From positions 23,338 through 87,337 of the forward strand of contig CAZWKL010000002.1 of NCBI GenBank assembly GCA_964633875.1: a stretch of 64,000 nucleotides of DNA. The letters are read 5' to 3'. This document shows, one piece after another, positions 44,666-54,323 of this stretch; the first letter of the stretch is position 1; the number at the start of each line of letters is the position of its first letter. A program made the position numbers and the translations under genes. Below the pieces are notes generated by a model, which saw nothing but the letters and a program-made list of their open reading frames with translations, was not told the origin of the DNA and made no database searches. The DNA is from an uncultured Pseudomonadales bacterium. GTDB taxonomy: Bacteria; Patescibacteriota; Microgenomatia; UBA1400; PJMF01.

Positions 44666-45556
44666 CTAAAGTTCTTTTAAGAATTTTTTGAAGTCTTCGC
44701 CGTATTTATTATTGGCCAGCATGAACTTAACGTGAGCCTTCATGTAGCGGAGCGGATCGCCGGTGGTCATCCACTCTCCGTCCACCACTTTGACCTTGAC
44801 AGTGCCGTGTTTGGCCACTTGATGGTTGGCGTCTTGCAGCCAGAGCTCATTATCGAGTCCGGTGGCGTCAGCTTTCAGATACTCAAAGACTTTGGGAGTC
44901 AAGACATAGCGTCCATATGAAACCAAATTGGACGGCGCTTGGTCGCGAGGCGGTTTTTCAATCACTATTTCGACTTCTTCATCTGAGCCGTCCTTGAGTT
45001 TGACTACGCCATAGCGGTCTACTTCGTCCCAGGGTACTTCTTGAACAGCCAAAATGCCGTCAAGGTTTGGCTCTTGATGATAAAAGTCCACAATTTGCTT
45101 GACCGCGCTAGTTTTGCCTAGAACCAAATCATCACCCCACATCACCACAAAAGCCTCATCGTTTTCTACCAACTCCTTGGCAGTGAGAATCGGCCGGCCA
45201 TTGCCGTAAGGCAGCCGCTCATCTTGAGGCATAATGGTAATTTTTGGCAGCTTAAAAACTTTTTCAACCTTATCCCAGCGATCCAGCTTGCCTTGGCGGA
45301 TCATCAGAGTGCGGATATTGGTGGCTGAGCCGTAGAAATAATCTTCAAACTTGGTCACTTCTCCGGGAGAAGCAATAATAATTACTTCTTCAATGCCGGC
45401 ATCAGCGCATTCTTCGACTAAATACTGAATAATCGGCTTATCAATTAGCGGCAGCATTTCCTTGGGAAAAGTTTTGGTAATTGGCAAAAACCTGGAGCCA
45501 AAACCCGCGGCAGTAATAATAGCCCGCTTCACTTTTTGATTGGACTGTTCTTGCAT
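44666..45556 (-). CDS. galU: UTP--glucose-1-phosphate uridylyltransferase
   Basis: KRAIITAAGFGSRFLPITKTFPKEMLPLIDKPIIQYLVEE. Confidence 0.88.
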   Translation of the reverse strand: MQEQSNQKVKRAIITAAGFGSRFLPITKTFPKEMLPLIDKPIIQYLVEECADAGIEEVIIIASPGEVTKFEDYFYGSATNIRTLMIRQGKLDRWDKVEKVFKLPKITIMPQDERLPYGNGRPILTAKELVENDEAFVVMWGDDLVLGKTSAVKQIVDFYHQEPNLDGILAVQEVPWDEVDRYGVVKLKDGSDEEVEIVIEKPPRDQAPSNLVSYGRYVLTPKVFEYLKADATGLDNELWLQDANHQVAKHGTVKVKVVDGEWMTTGDPLRYMKAHVKFMLANNKYGEDFKKFLKEL

Positions 45557-45620
45557 ATGGTGAGCTTATCTAACACTACTTAATATTTAATATTTAGTAC
45601 GTAAATAGCAGTATAGCAAA

Positions 45621-46259
45621 TTAGCCGAAATTTTGTTTTTCGCTTGCCAAAAAAGTGGTTTCACCATGACCCGGATAGCAGAGAGTATTGTCTGGCAACT
45701 CAAAAAGTTTTTGCAGCGAGGTATGCATGGCTTTGAAGCTGGAATAGCTGTGATCAGTGCTGCCAAGGCCGTTTTTGAAGAGAGTGTCGCCGGTGAAAAG
45801 AATTTGTCCGTCATCAGCATTCAGCGTCATTAAACAAATGCTGCCAGGAGTGTGGCCGGGCGTTTCAATTACTCGCAGTTTTTGTTTGCCAATGGGCAGA
45901 ACGTGATTTTCTTCCAGGAAAACGCTGGGGGTTGGTACCGGATCCACCAGGCGTTTAAGCCAATGTTTGGCCCGGCTCTGTACTGATTCAATCAGGAAAA
46001 GGTCTCGCTGATTTATCATCACCGGGATATTAAAATTGAGCTGCACTTCCAGAGTACCCAAAATGTGGTCGAAATGTCCGTGGGTCAGCACGATTGCTAG
46101 GGGAGTGAGTTCGTTTTCCAAAATGGTGGCGGTGATGGTTTCGCCGCTATCGGCAGGGTCGATAACCAGGCAATCTTTGGTTTCACTGCAAAAAGCCAAG
46201 TAGCAATTGGTTTGCAGCTCGCCCAGCTCCAGAGTAATGACCTCGAGTTCATTTGACAT
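45621..46259 (-). CDS. MBL-fold metallo-hydrolase
   Basis: LTHGHFDHILG (HxHxDH). Confidence 0.75.
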   Translation of the reverse strand: MSNELEVITLELGELQTNCYLAFCSETKDCLVIDPADSGETITATILENELTPLAIVLTHGHFDHILGTLEVQLNFNIPVMINQRDLFLIESVQSRAKHWLKRLVDPVPTPSVFLEENHVLPIGKQKLRVIETPGHTPGSICLMTLNADDGQILFTGDTLFKNGLGSTDHSYSSFKAMHTSLQKLFELPDNTLCYPGHGETTFLASEKQNFG

Positions 46260-46320
46260 TTAACCTTGTGTTTCAGTATGATTTAGTCATTAATATCCTA
46301 TCACAGCAGGAGAAAGCCAA

Positions 46321-46608
46321 ATGCAAGAGGATCTGCAAGTTCCCACCCATGAAACTCAGCCAGCTGATCAAGCAATTGGTCAAGCGGTCGAGCCAGTAGC
46401 CGCCGGAAAACCTCGGCTTAAATATTTGTTAGGGCTTTTGGCGCTTTTGGCTGTCGTGCTCGGGGCTGTTTTTGTTTTTGGCTTTGGTCAAACTGAAGAA
46501 GAACAGCAAACGGAAGAAATGAAGCAAATGATTGAGTTGGAAGCTGAGCGAGCGGCAGACTTCCAGGAGGAAGAGTTCATTCCTTACGAAGAGTTGCCGA
46601 TTATGTAG
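46321..46608 (+). CDS. Small single-TM protein with an acidic C-terminus
   Basis: YLLGLLALLAVVLGAVFVFGF (TM), then an EEEQQTEEMKQMIELEAE tail. Confidence 0.4.
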   Translation: MQEDLQVPTHETQPADQAIGQAVEPVAAGKPRLKYLLGLLALLAVVLGAVFVFGFGQTEEEQQTEEMKQMIELEAERAADFQEEEFIPYEELPIM

Positions 46609-47283
46609 TTAAAACCACAGCTGAGTGAGGAGAGTAGTCCCAAACTCAATGATTGGCAGAATAATTTTTCCCACCAAAGAAACGCCCCCAAAAGGGAAAA
46701 TTAGTAATATTAATAGTATAGTGCCGTATTGTTGCATAAACTGTTCAAACTCGTAAGCAAATTGTTGGGGCAGGACAGCAAGAGCAATTTTGCTGCCATC
46801 CAGGGGGTAAACTGGCAATAAATTAAAGACTGCCAGCATAATATTGACCTGCACCGCCGCCAGCGCAATCAGGAGAAAAATGTCTGGCATGGCTATGACA
46901 GTCTGGAGTAGAGCAAAAATAACTGAGATGATCCCCGCCAAGATGATATTTGACGCCGGTCCGGCCAAAGCAATTAAGGCTGTATCCCGCACCGGCTCCT
47001 TGAGATTGTAGGGGTCGAAAGGAACGGGTTTGCCCCAGCCAAAACCTATCAACAGTAGGGTGAGTGTGCCGAGGGGGTCGAGGTGGGCTCTGGGGTCGAG
47101 GGTAATCCGGTCGTTATATCGGGGGGTTGGGTCGCCAAGACGGTCAGCTACCCAAGCATGGGCAAATTCATGAATAGTAATTGCCACCACTAAGGCAGCC
47201 AGAAAAATGACGATGCCAATGATGGTCCAGATGGTAACGTTTCCAGACAAAAGTGTTAAAAGCATGAGCCTATTATATATCAT
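46609..47283 (-). CDS. Site-2 protease (M50) family zinc metalloprotease
   Basis: ITIHEFAHAWVA (HExxH) and NLLPVYPLDGSKI (LDG motif) within a polytopic membrane protein. Confidence 0.75.
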   Translation of the reverse strand: MIYNRLMLLTLLSGNVTIWTIIGIVIFLAALVVAITIHEFAHAWVADRLGDPTPRYNDRITLDPRAHLDPLGTLTLLLIGFGWGKPVPFDPYNLKEPVRDTALIALAGPASNIILAGIISVIFALLQTVIAMPDIFLLIALAAVQVNIMLAVFNLLPVYPLDGSKIALAVLPQQFAYEFEQFMQQYGTILLILLIFPFGGVSLVGKIILPIIEFGTTLLTQLWF

Positions 47284-47363
47284 TTATGACACTTATTTCT
47301 TGCTTTAAACTTGCTTGCTAGCGGCTTGAAAAGGTTGGGGAAAATGGTATAATCACGATTCTT

Positions 47364-47588
47364 ATGTCAAGCTATTCATTTAAATATCCAGCATCAGCTC
47401 ATATCGGCAACAATGTTTCCCATGCTAAGAACCGCACCAAACGCCGGTTTAAGTACAATTTGCACACAGTCACGGTTGTGATGGATGGGGTCAAGCAGCG
47501 TATGAAAGTGCCCACCAAAGTACTTCGTCAACTCAAAAAAGCCGGAGTGACCACTCATTACCAGAATGTCAGTGAGTCTGCTGAGTAA
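47364..47588 (+). CDS. rpmB: Ribosomal protein L28
   Basis: GNNVSHAKNRTKRRFKYNLHTVTV. Confidence 0.85.
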   Translation: MSSYSFKYPASAHIGNNVSHAKNRTKRRFKYNLHTVTVVMDGVKQRMKVPTKVLRQLKKAGVTTHYQNVSESAE

Positions 47589-47590
47589 AA

Positions 47591-48556
47591 TTATTCCTCA
47601 ATTGAGTTTTTGATTTGGTTCCAGGTAGCTGGAATTTGACCTTCGAGCTGTACTTTTTCAAGTTCAAGCAAGCCGTTAACTGCGGCAGTTCTCAGAATTT
47701 TCATTCTTTGCTGGTTTTTGCTGGTGGGAACGAGCGTCCAAAGTCCTGGCCAAGGGGAAAAGGCTCGCACGGCGTGGCTGAGCAGTGTGGCCGTTGAGTC
47801 GTGAAAGTTGCTGGCTTGTTGCAGCAGGGCGGAGTGGTAAGTGTTGGCGGAAACGCCTCGTGTGGCTGCCCTAACAATTTCCCATTCCACAAATGAGTCT
47901 TTTTTCGACAACCGGCGCGCTAACGGCGTTGGCGTTTCCGCCTGTTGAGCTACGGGCTTAATTTCTCCGGCAGCAAATTTTGCGATATCATCTCCCAAGT
48001 GTTTGTTTATCAAGTTAAAACTAAAGTGGTAATAATCGTCATGATTCCATTGGTGATCAATCTCAAACTGGTGCTGAGCCAGCACAGGACCGGAATCCAG
48101 TCCCTGATCCATCACCATCAGGGTCACGGCTGAGGTCTGGTCGCCAAACAAAATAGCGAACTGCCCGGGAGAACTGCCTCTCCACTTAGGCAGGGCAGAA
48201 GGGTGAATATTAAGCGGCGCTATTTTTGGCCATTCCAGCAGTTTTTTCGGCACCAGGTAGCCAAAATCTACCACCAACAAGTAATCCGGCTGTTCAAAAT
48301 ACTCGGAATTGGTAATTTTTGTTAATAGCTCATTAGTGATCTTGTTCTCAACCAGCACGACAGGAATATTTTCCTTTTCGGCCAACAAATGAAGCGGGTT
48401 TTGGCTGATAATTTTTTTTCTGCCGACCGGTTTTGGTCCGGGAGTGATCATACCGGTTATGATAAATCTCGAATCCTGATGGAGAGTTTCAGCACAGGCT
48501 TGAGTCTTGGTTGTAGTTCCCGCTATGACGATTTTGTACGGCATAATTGAGTTCAT
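47591..48556 (-). CDS. fmt: Methionyl-tRNA formyltransferase
   Basis: LNIHPSALPKWRGSSPGQFAILFGDQTSAVTLMVMDQGLDSGPVL. Confidence 0.9.
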   Translation of the reverse strand: MNSIMPYKIVIAGTTTKTQACAETLHQDSRFIITGMITPGPKPVGRKKIISQNPLHLLAEKENIPVVLVENKITNELLTKITNSEYFEQPDYLLVVDFGYLVPKKLLEWPKIAPLNIHPSALPKWRGSSPGQFAILFGDQTSAVTLMVMDQGLDSGPVLAQHQFEIDHQWNHDDYYHFSFNLINKHLGDDIAKFAAGEIKPVAQQAETPTPLARRLSKKDSFVEWEIVRAATRGVSANTYHSALLQQASNFHDSTATLLSHAVRAFSPWPGLWTLVPTSKNQQRMKILRTAAVNGLLELEKVQLEGQIPATWNQIKNSIEE

Positions 48557-49101
48557 TAAATTATCTCTAAAAATTCTCGGTCAATCTCTTCGAATTTATC
48601 CTGCTCGATTTCCTGATAAACAGGCAGATTATTCTTGAGAGAGTGATCGGTAAAAAGAATTCCATTGAGATGGTCAAGTTCATGTTGAATCACTCGGGCA
48701 GGAAAATCAGCAAACTTTTCTTTTTCGCGCACTAATTTGCCATTTTTGATTTGATCAAACTCCAGCTCCACCCATTCCCAACGGAAAACCGGTCCGTACA
48801 AACGGGGGATGGACAAGCAGCCTTCCATAACCGGATCATCTTTATCTTGACCGAGGGTTTGTTCCGGCGAGTGTTTGGTAATAGTAGGATTGATAAAAAC
48901 TCTGGAATCTGTTACTTGAGTAGCGAAAATCCGCCATAATTTATTGACTTGAGGAGCAGCCAAGCCAGCGCTGGGTTTTTTGGTGGATTTTAGAGTATTT
49001 TGTAGTTCTTTGATAAATTCGTGCAGTTTTTTGTCCACTTTAACTACAGGCTCAGACTTTTGTCTCAGGGTTGGGTGGGGAATTTCAATTATCTCCATCA
49101 T
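48556..49101 (-). CDS. def: Peptide deformylase
   Basis: GLAAPQV, EGCLS and HELDHLNG motifs. 1-nt stop/start overlap with fmt. Confidence 0.9.
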   Translation of the reverse strand: MMEIIEIPHPTLRQKSEPVVKVDKKLHEFIKELQNTLKSTKKPSAGLAAPQVNKLWRIFATQVTDSRVFINPTITKHSPEQTLGQDKDDPVMEGCLSIPRLYGPVFRWEWVELEFDQIKNGKLVREKEKFADFPARVIQHELDHLNGILFTDHSLKNNLPVYQEIEQDKFEEIDREFLEII

Positions 49102-49152
49102 TCGGTCATTATACCGCTACTCAAGATTAATCCAAAACCGGAGTCTCCAGGC

Positions 49153-51339
49153 TTAATCAGTTTTGTTTTCACCTGCGAACTCCGCCAATCCCTCTAGTGC
49201 GGCAGGATTATTGGCGCTGATATGATCAATTACATACCGGTATTGCTCCTTGGCTTCCGTTTCCCGCCCGCTTAGTTTCAGAGTTCTGGCCAGTTGTATT
49301 CGGGCGTTTTCATAATCAGGTTTTAGTTCAACTGCTTTTTCTTGGGCAGCGCTGGCGGCCTCAATATTTTCCAGACCCCACTCAACCAGACCCAGATTGT
49401 GCCAAAGTTTGGCATCAGTGGGTGCTCTTTCAATTGCGCTCACCAAAGCAGCTTTGGCAAAAAGAAGATAATCGGTGTTAATTGGAGATAAGGAAATGAA
49501 AATCCTGGCTCTGGTTTTATAAAAATTAAGATGAGCCGGATTAAGGGATAATGATCTGTCGCTAAAGCTGATTGCCGCTTCAGCCAATTCTGCCGCGGCT
49601 GTGGCGTCATTTTCTTGATCATAAGCTACTGCTATTTTGGCATAAGTGTCTGCCAGTTCATCATAAAAAAGTGCTTCATTTGGAGATCTCTCCACCGCTT
49701 CTTGCAAGTAGAGCAGGCCATCAAGGTTTTGGCCGCTATCAATCAAAGACTTACCAGAGCTAAAAGCCACATCTGCCTGGCGGTAATTGTAAATACCGCT
49801 CAGGAGTATTAAGACCGCCAGTACTGTTAAGGTAGCAGCGCCAAATTGCCAGCCGTTGGTAAACTCAGGTTTTTTGGTGGGTTGGTTGAGAACGGCAACT
49901 TGGCTGTTATTCTCAGCATCCTTAATTAGAACTAGCGCGGAAATGGCAAAGAACAAGAACGTTAAGACAGTAGTCATCACGGTGGAGAAGCCAAAAAAAT
50001 TCGAGACAGTTAAAGCAGCCAATCCCGACAAAAGCCCCAGTTGCACCAAGTTGTTTTTTCTGTAGATTTGCCGGCTAGCCGTAACAACAAACCAGCCCCA
50101 CAGCAGCAGGTACGTCCCCAAGCCAAAAATGCCAGTGGTAGCTAGGAAATTTAAGAATTCATTGTGGGCTTTGTTGTAGAGGAAATCCCACTCGGAAACC
50201 AGGTTATGTTCGACCGGTCTATCTAAATAATAACTGTAAGCAAAAGTTTCTACCCCTGAGCCAAAAAACGGATAACGCTGCCAGACTTTTAAAGCTCCTG
50301 CCCAGACAATTTTCCTGATTTCGCCGGAATCTGTGCCGCCCAGTTCCATTTGGTTGGCTGGGAGTGCTGTAACGATGTTAGTCTGGTCTGAGTTTGTTTC
50401 AAGGAAAAGTTCTCGTATTGAGGGAGTGTAAGTAGTGCCAAAGATTGCCGCGAGAGTGGCAAATAACAGCAAAAACCCCAGAGTGTATTGGATCACCCGC
50501 CTGCTTAAATAATATCCTGGAGAGAAACGAGCCTGACGTGATGAGTTTTTCCAGGCGTAAACCAAAGCGCCAACGGCAAAAATCGCCATTCCCACCCCCA
50601 AACCCAACAGACCGGAACGCGATTGAGTAAAAATCAGCGCCATGAATAACAACCCACCGCCAACCCCCAAAAGCACTTTCTTAAAGTAATTAGCCTTTTC
50701 TGTAATAGCCAGATAAATGCTGGCAGGAATCAAAGTAATGACGTAGGCCGCCAACCAATTTGGCTGCCCAAAAGTGGCAAAAATCCGCTCTTGCACTTTT
50801 TGCATCCAACAGTCCACGCCAAAATTACTGCCTTTGGACAAAATCAAACAACTGGCAGAATGGCCAAAGTGTTCAAGAATACCATAAATTGAAACAATCG
50901 TTCCCGAAGTGACTGCGGTCAGCAAAAGTTGCTTAATTGCCTTGAGAGGCACATTGCTCACAAAAGCATAATAAAGCAGGTAATAACTGGTGACCGACAG
51001 CAGCCCGCCATGAAAACGGCTGTAGTAACCCAGCATGGAAGTGCGCGGGTGCAGCGAGAGCAGGGTAGAAACAACTTGCGAAATCAAAAACATGAGCAGC
51101 GGCAAATCCAGGTATGTTCTCTGGAAAATAAATCTTTTCTCCTGAATCATCCGCAAAACCCAAGCTCCACCAATCAGTACGCTCAGCGCATAAACCAAAA
51201 CCATCTTGTTGAATTCAAAAAGCTCTTCAGTTCTAAAGGAAAAGTAAAGCGGTACGGTCAAGAGCAAAAAATGGTACAGTACCAGGATAATTTTTTGCCA
51301 CGGACCCGATTTTTCAAACATACTTTCCCTATTATACAA
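49153..51339 (-). CDS. O-antigen ligase/Wzy-like polytopic membrane protein with a C-terminal TPR-repeat domain
   Basis: About 12 TM helices followed by repeated TPR-like units (YYDELADTYAKIAVAY...LWHNLGLVEW). Confidence 0.75.
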   Translation of the reverse strand: MYNRESMFEKSGPWQKIILVLYHFLLLTVPLYFSFRTEELFEFNKMVLVYALSVLIGGAWVLRMIQEKRFIFQRTYLDLPLLMFLISQVVSTLLSLHPRTSMLGYYSRFHGGLLSVTSYYLLYYAFVSNVPLKAIKQLLLTAVTSGTIVSIYGILEHFGHSASCLILSKGSNFGVDCWMQKVQERIFATFGQPNWLAAYVITLIPASIYLAITEKANYFKKVLLGVGGGLLFMALIFTQSRSGLLGLGVGMAIFAVGALVYAWKNSSRQARFSPGYYLSRRVIQYTLGFLLLFATLAAIFGTTYTPSIRELFLETNSDQTNIVTALPANQMELGGTDSGEIRKIVWAGALKVWQRYPFFGSGVETFAYSYYLDRPVEHNLVSEWDFLYNKAHNEFLNFLATTGIFGLGTYLLLWGWFVVTASRQIYRKNNLVQLGLLSGLAALTVSNFFGFSTVMTTVLTFLFFAISALVLIKDAENNSQVAVLNQPTKKPEFTNGWQFGAATLTVLAVLILLSGIYNYRQADVAFSSGKSLIDSGQNLDGLLYLQEAVERSPNEALFYDELADTYAKIAVAYDQENDATAAAELAEAAISFSDRSLSLNPAHLNFYKTRARIFISLSPINTDYLLFAKAALVSAIERAPTDAKLWHNLGLVEWGLENIEAASAAQEKAVELKPDYENARIQLARTLKLSGRETEAKEQYRYVIDHISANNPAALEGLAEFAGENKTD

Positions 51340-51383
51340 ATTCCTGGTATATTATTTAGTATATATATTAGAGGAGAAAGATA

Positions 51384-51935
51384 ATGAACGACCAACCTGC
51401 CCAAGATTACTCTCAGTATCCCCCTCAGCCGCCAGCTTCGGTTTTACCCGCTGATCAACCTCAAAATGCTCCTGAAAGTGGTAGCGACAGCGCCACCCCT
51501 TCAGAAAAACTGGAAGACCAAAACGTTTTCTTTATGCTCGGGGTGACCGATGGCTCCAATGACCAGCGCGAGGAATTCCTAGATGAGCTTCAGCAAGTGA
51601 TTTGGGAAGATTTTCTCGAATATGATGTCAAATTATTAATGACTACTGAAGAATATGAAGAACTCCAACGATTGTTGTCAGAACAGGCTGGTCAGCCGTT
51701 GGCACAGCAGGAGACAGCGGTTGAATACATTGAAAAACTGGTGCCAGAACTCGAAAACATCATGCTGGAAAAAGCCCTTGAGCTTAAAGCAGATTTATTG
51801 AGGGAAAGAATTACCGGCATGAAAGAGTATTTTTCAGGTCAGCAAGAAGCAGCAGAAAAAATCAGCCGTGCCGAAGAATTGATTGTGCAAGAACGGTGGT
51901 ATTCGGCTGCGGCACTGCTTAACAGCATCTCCTAA
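51384..51935 (+). CDS. Acidic hypothetical protein (183 aa) preceding the mreB-mreC-mreD-pbp2 operon
   Basis: Pro/Gln-rich N-terminus and an acidic helical C-terminus. No recognisable motif. Confidence 0.45.
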   Translation: MNDQPAQDYSQYPPQPPASVLPADQPQNAPESGSDSATPSEKLEDQNVFFMLGVTDGSNDQREEFLDELQQVIWEDFLEYDVKLLMTTEEYEELQRLLSEQAGQPLAQQETAVEYIEKLVPELENIMLEKALELKADLLRERITGMKEYFSGQQEAAEKISRAEELIVQERWYSAAALLNSIS

Positions 51936-51964
51936 ATCCTTGCCTCATCTTGTATACTTTCGTC

Positions 51965-53014
51965 ATGAATAAGTTTGGCGCCTTTATTGGTGGCTTGGTT
52001 TCCTCCGGTGAGACGATTGATGATCAGCTTTTTATCGATGCTGGCTCCAGCAATACCAGAATCTACTTGGGGGAGCGCTTGGTGTACTCTGAGCCGACCT
52101 GCGTGGCCGTCCACCGTCCCAGTGATACGGTAGTGGCCATCGGTACCAAAGCGCAAAAACTGTTGGGTAAAGTCGGCGAAAACATGGCAGTCAGTTTTCC
52201 GGTACAACATGGTGTGGTGGCCAATCCGGCTCATATGGAAATATTTCTTTCAACCGTACTAAAAAGAATTATGACCGATTTTTCCCTGAAAAGAACCATT
52301 CTGGGCATGAAGACCTGGTATGCCATGCCAGTTAGTGCTTCGCCGTTAGAAAAACAATTTATGCGCGAAATTTTATCCAGTGTAGGTTTTGCGAAAATTA
52401 ATTTATTGCCAGGAATTGAGGCGGCTTTTCGCAGTGTAGTCGAAAAAAGTTCTTCCACTCAATCATATTTTGTGTTTAATCTTGGTGGGCAGTTGGCGGA
52501 GATTGGTATTTTTTCCGCTAATAATTTTGTTACGGGTAAAGCAATTAAATGGGGTGGAGTGCAATTCACCGAAGCCATCCAGGAAATTATTCGTCATGAG
52601 CACGAGTGCGCGATTGGGTGGCACATTGCTGAGCAGACGAAATTCGATATTGCCAGAGTGCTTGGAGAGAGGAGTGGGAGCAAGTCAAAGACAAAGGCAA
52701 CCGTTCGTGGCAAGGATGTTATCAAACAAATCAGCAAAACCGTGGTGGTTTCAGCAGATATTTTTGACGTCAGTTTTAATGAATTGATGGAAGAACTGTT
52801 CAGTTCTCTGGAAACTTTTTTGTCTGAGCTGCCTTCGGAGTTGGTCACCAATGCTTTGGATCAAGGCATTTATCTAACCGGCGCCGCCAGTCAACTTGAC
52901 GGACTAGGTGAGGCGCTGGCAGAAAAACTGCAGTCAACGGTCAATTATTCCCAGCAGCCGGGTACGGATACTGTCAAAGGAATGGTGAGATATGTCAAAA
53001 ATTACTCTCTATAA
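51965..53014 (+). CDS. mreB: MreB-like actin homolog (paralog 2, in the mre operon)
   Basis: LFIDAGSSNTRIY, FVFNLGGQLAEIGIF and GIYLTGAASQLDGLGEAL (actin-fold phosphate and adenosine motifs). Confidence 0.75.
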   Translation: MNKFGAFIGGLVSSGETIDDQLFIDAGSSNTRIYLGERLVYSEPTCVAVHRPSDTVVAIGTKAQKLLGKVGENMAVSFPVQHGVVANPAHMEIFLSTVLKRIMTDFSLKRTILGMKTWYAMPVSASPLEKQFMREILSSVGFAKINLLPGIEAAFRSVVEKSSSTQSYFVFNLGGQLAEIGIFSANNFVTGKAIKWGGVQFTEAIQEIIRHEHECAIGWHIAEQTKFDIARVLGERSGSKSKTKATVRGKDVIKQISKTVVVSADIFDVSFNELMEELFSSLETFLSELPSELVTNALDQGIYLTGAASQLDGLGEALAEKLQSTVNYSQQPGTDTVKGMVRYVKNYSL

Positions 53015-53777
53015 ACCGATTTCTGAAAGAAAAGAATTTGCTGTAGTAGTTTTGCTGGCGGTTTTGTTGGGCATGGGAGAGTTTGTGGGTTGGACTAGAG
53101 TGGTTTCTGCCCAGATAGAAGTTGTCTTAAATCCCCTGCAAGCTTTTGAAACACAACTAGCGCGGCTGATTAGTTGGCCGACGAAATCATTTTTTACCGG
53201 TTATCGCAGTGCCGAAGAGTTGCGGGAGTTAAAAGTTAAGTACGCGGCTCAAATTTCAGAACTCGATGAGCTGGACCGCCTCCGCAAGGAAAATAATCAA
53301 TTGAAGCAAATGTTGGAAAATTCCGAGCGGCCGAATGAAAATACCAAAATTGCCGTGCCGGTGGTGTCGTTGGCGTATCCGGCGGTGGCGGCTGGTAGTC
53401 AAAGTGGAGTCAGGCAGGGCGAAATGGTGACTTTCCAAAATACGCTCTTGGGTGTCATTACTCAGGTTTCCGAGCATCAATCTAGAGTTGCTCTTTTAAC
53501 CAGAAAAGACAGTGTGCCGATTTTGGCTAAAACCAGCAGTGGCATGCAGGGAATTGTGACCGGTAATGGCAAGCAAGTTATCTTAACCGAGGTTCCTCAC
53601 GGTATAGAGCTCAATAAAGATGAGCGGGTAGTGACGGTGGGACAAGAAGGGATCAGACGCGACGTTTTGATTGGAGTTATCGGCGCGGTGATTACCAGAC
53701 CTTCCGCTCCCACTCAAACTGCCATAGTGCAGCAACAAGTGTCATTTTTTGACGCTCCGGCGGTAGAAATTTGGTAA
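52992..53777 (+). CDS. mreC: Rod shape-determining protein MreC
   Basis: N-terminal TM. Coiled coil ELRELKVKYAAQISELDELDRLRKENNQLKQ. C-terminal beta domain. Confidence 0.8.
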   Translation: MSKITLYKPISERKEFAVVVLLAVLLGMGEFVGWTRVVSAQIEVVLNPLQAFETQLARLISWPTKSFFTGYRSAEELRELKVKYAAQISELDELDRLRKENNQLKQMLENSERPNENTKIAVPVVSLAYPAVAAGSQSGVRQGEMVTFQNTLLGVITQVSEHQSRVALLTRKDSVPILAKTSSGMQGIVTGNGKQVILTEVPHGIELNKDERVVTVGQEGIRRDVLIGVIGAVITRPSAPTQTAIVQQQVSFFDAPAVEIW

Positions 53778-53846
53778 TAGAAATCAAGCAGAGTGTTAAG
53801 TGAGAGGTTTTAAGCAAGGGGTGCTAAGCGAAGAAAATAAAGGAGA

Positions 53847-54323
53847 ATGATGATTAAAGCAATTTTGCAGTTTCTTTTGATATTTTGCTTCCTGGTGTTG
53901 TTGCTGAGTTTTGAATCTGTTATTGGTTTGCCGGTGATATTTTTGGCGGCGCTGAGCTTGCTCAGCGCCATGTTTTCAGGGCTCCTGTGGTGGCCATTGG
54001 CACTGATTTTAATGCTCAGCTTCGTGATGGCAGCAGTTTACCAAGTGCCAATGGTGACCACTTTCATTATTTTGGTTTTGACGATTTGGTTTAACATCGG
54101 GGGGAGGGGAGGAGTACTAACCAAACGAATGTGGCGGATTTTGTTGGCGGCGGCAGGAGGCTCACTAGCGATTCTACTAATTTCTGGAATCAATGTGGCT
54201 GAACTCAGTTTGCTAACACTGATTTTGCAAAGTGGTATAGTATTGCTGCTGGTTTGGCGGGTGTTAGGGCTGCCAGCCGGCTCAGACAAGTCCCTGACCA
54301 AACGCCTCTGGCGCAACCGATGA
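53847..54323 (+). CDS. mreD: Putative MreD (polytopic small membrane protein)
   Basis: About 5 TM helices. Position between mreC and pbp2. ATGA overlap with pbp2. Confidence 0.5.
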   Translation: MMIKAILQFLLIFCFLVLLLSFESVIGLPVIFLAALSLLSAMFSGLLWWPLALILMLSFVMAAVYQVPMVTTFIILVLTIWFNIGGRGGVLTKRMWRILLAAAGGSLAILLISGINVAELSLLTLILQSGIVLLLVWRVLGLPAGSDKSLTKRLWRNR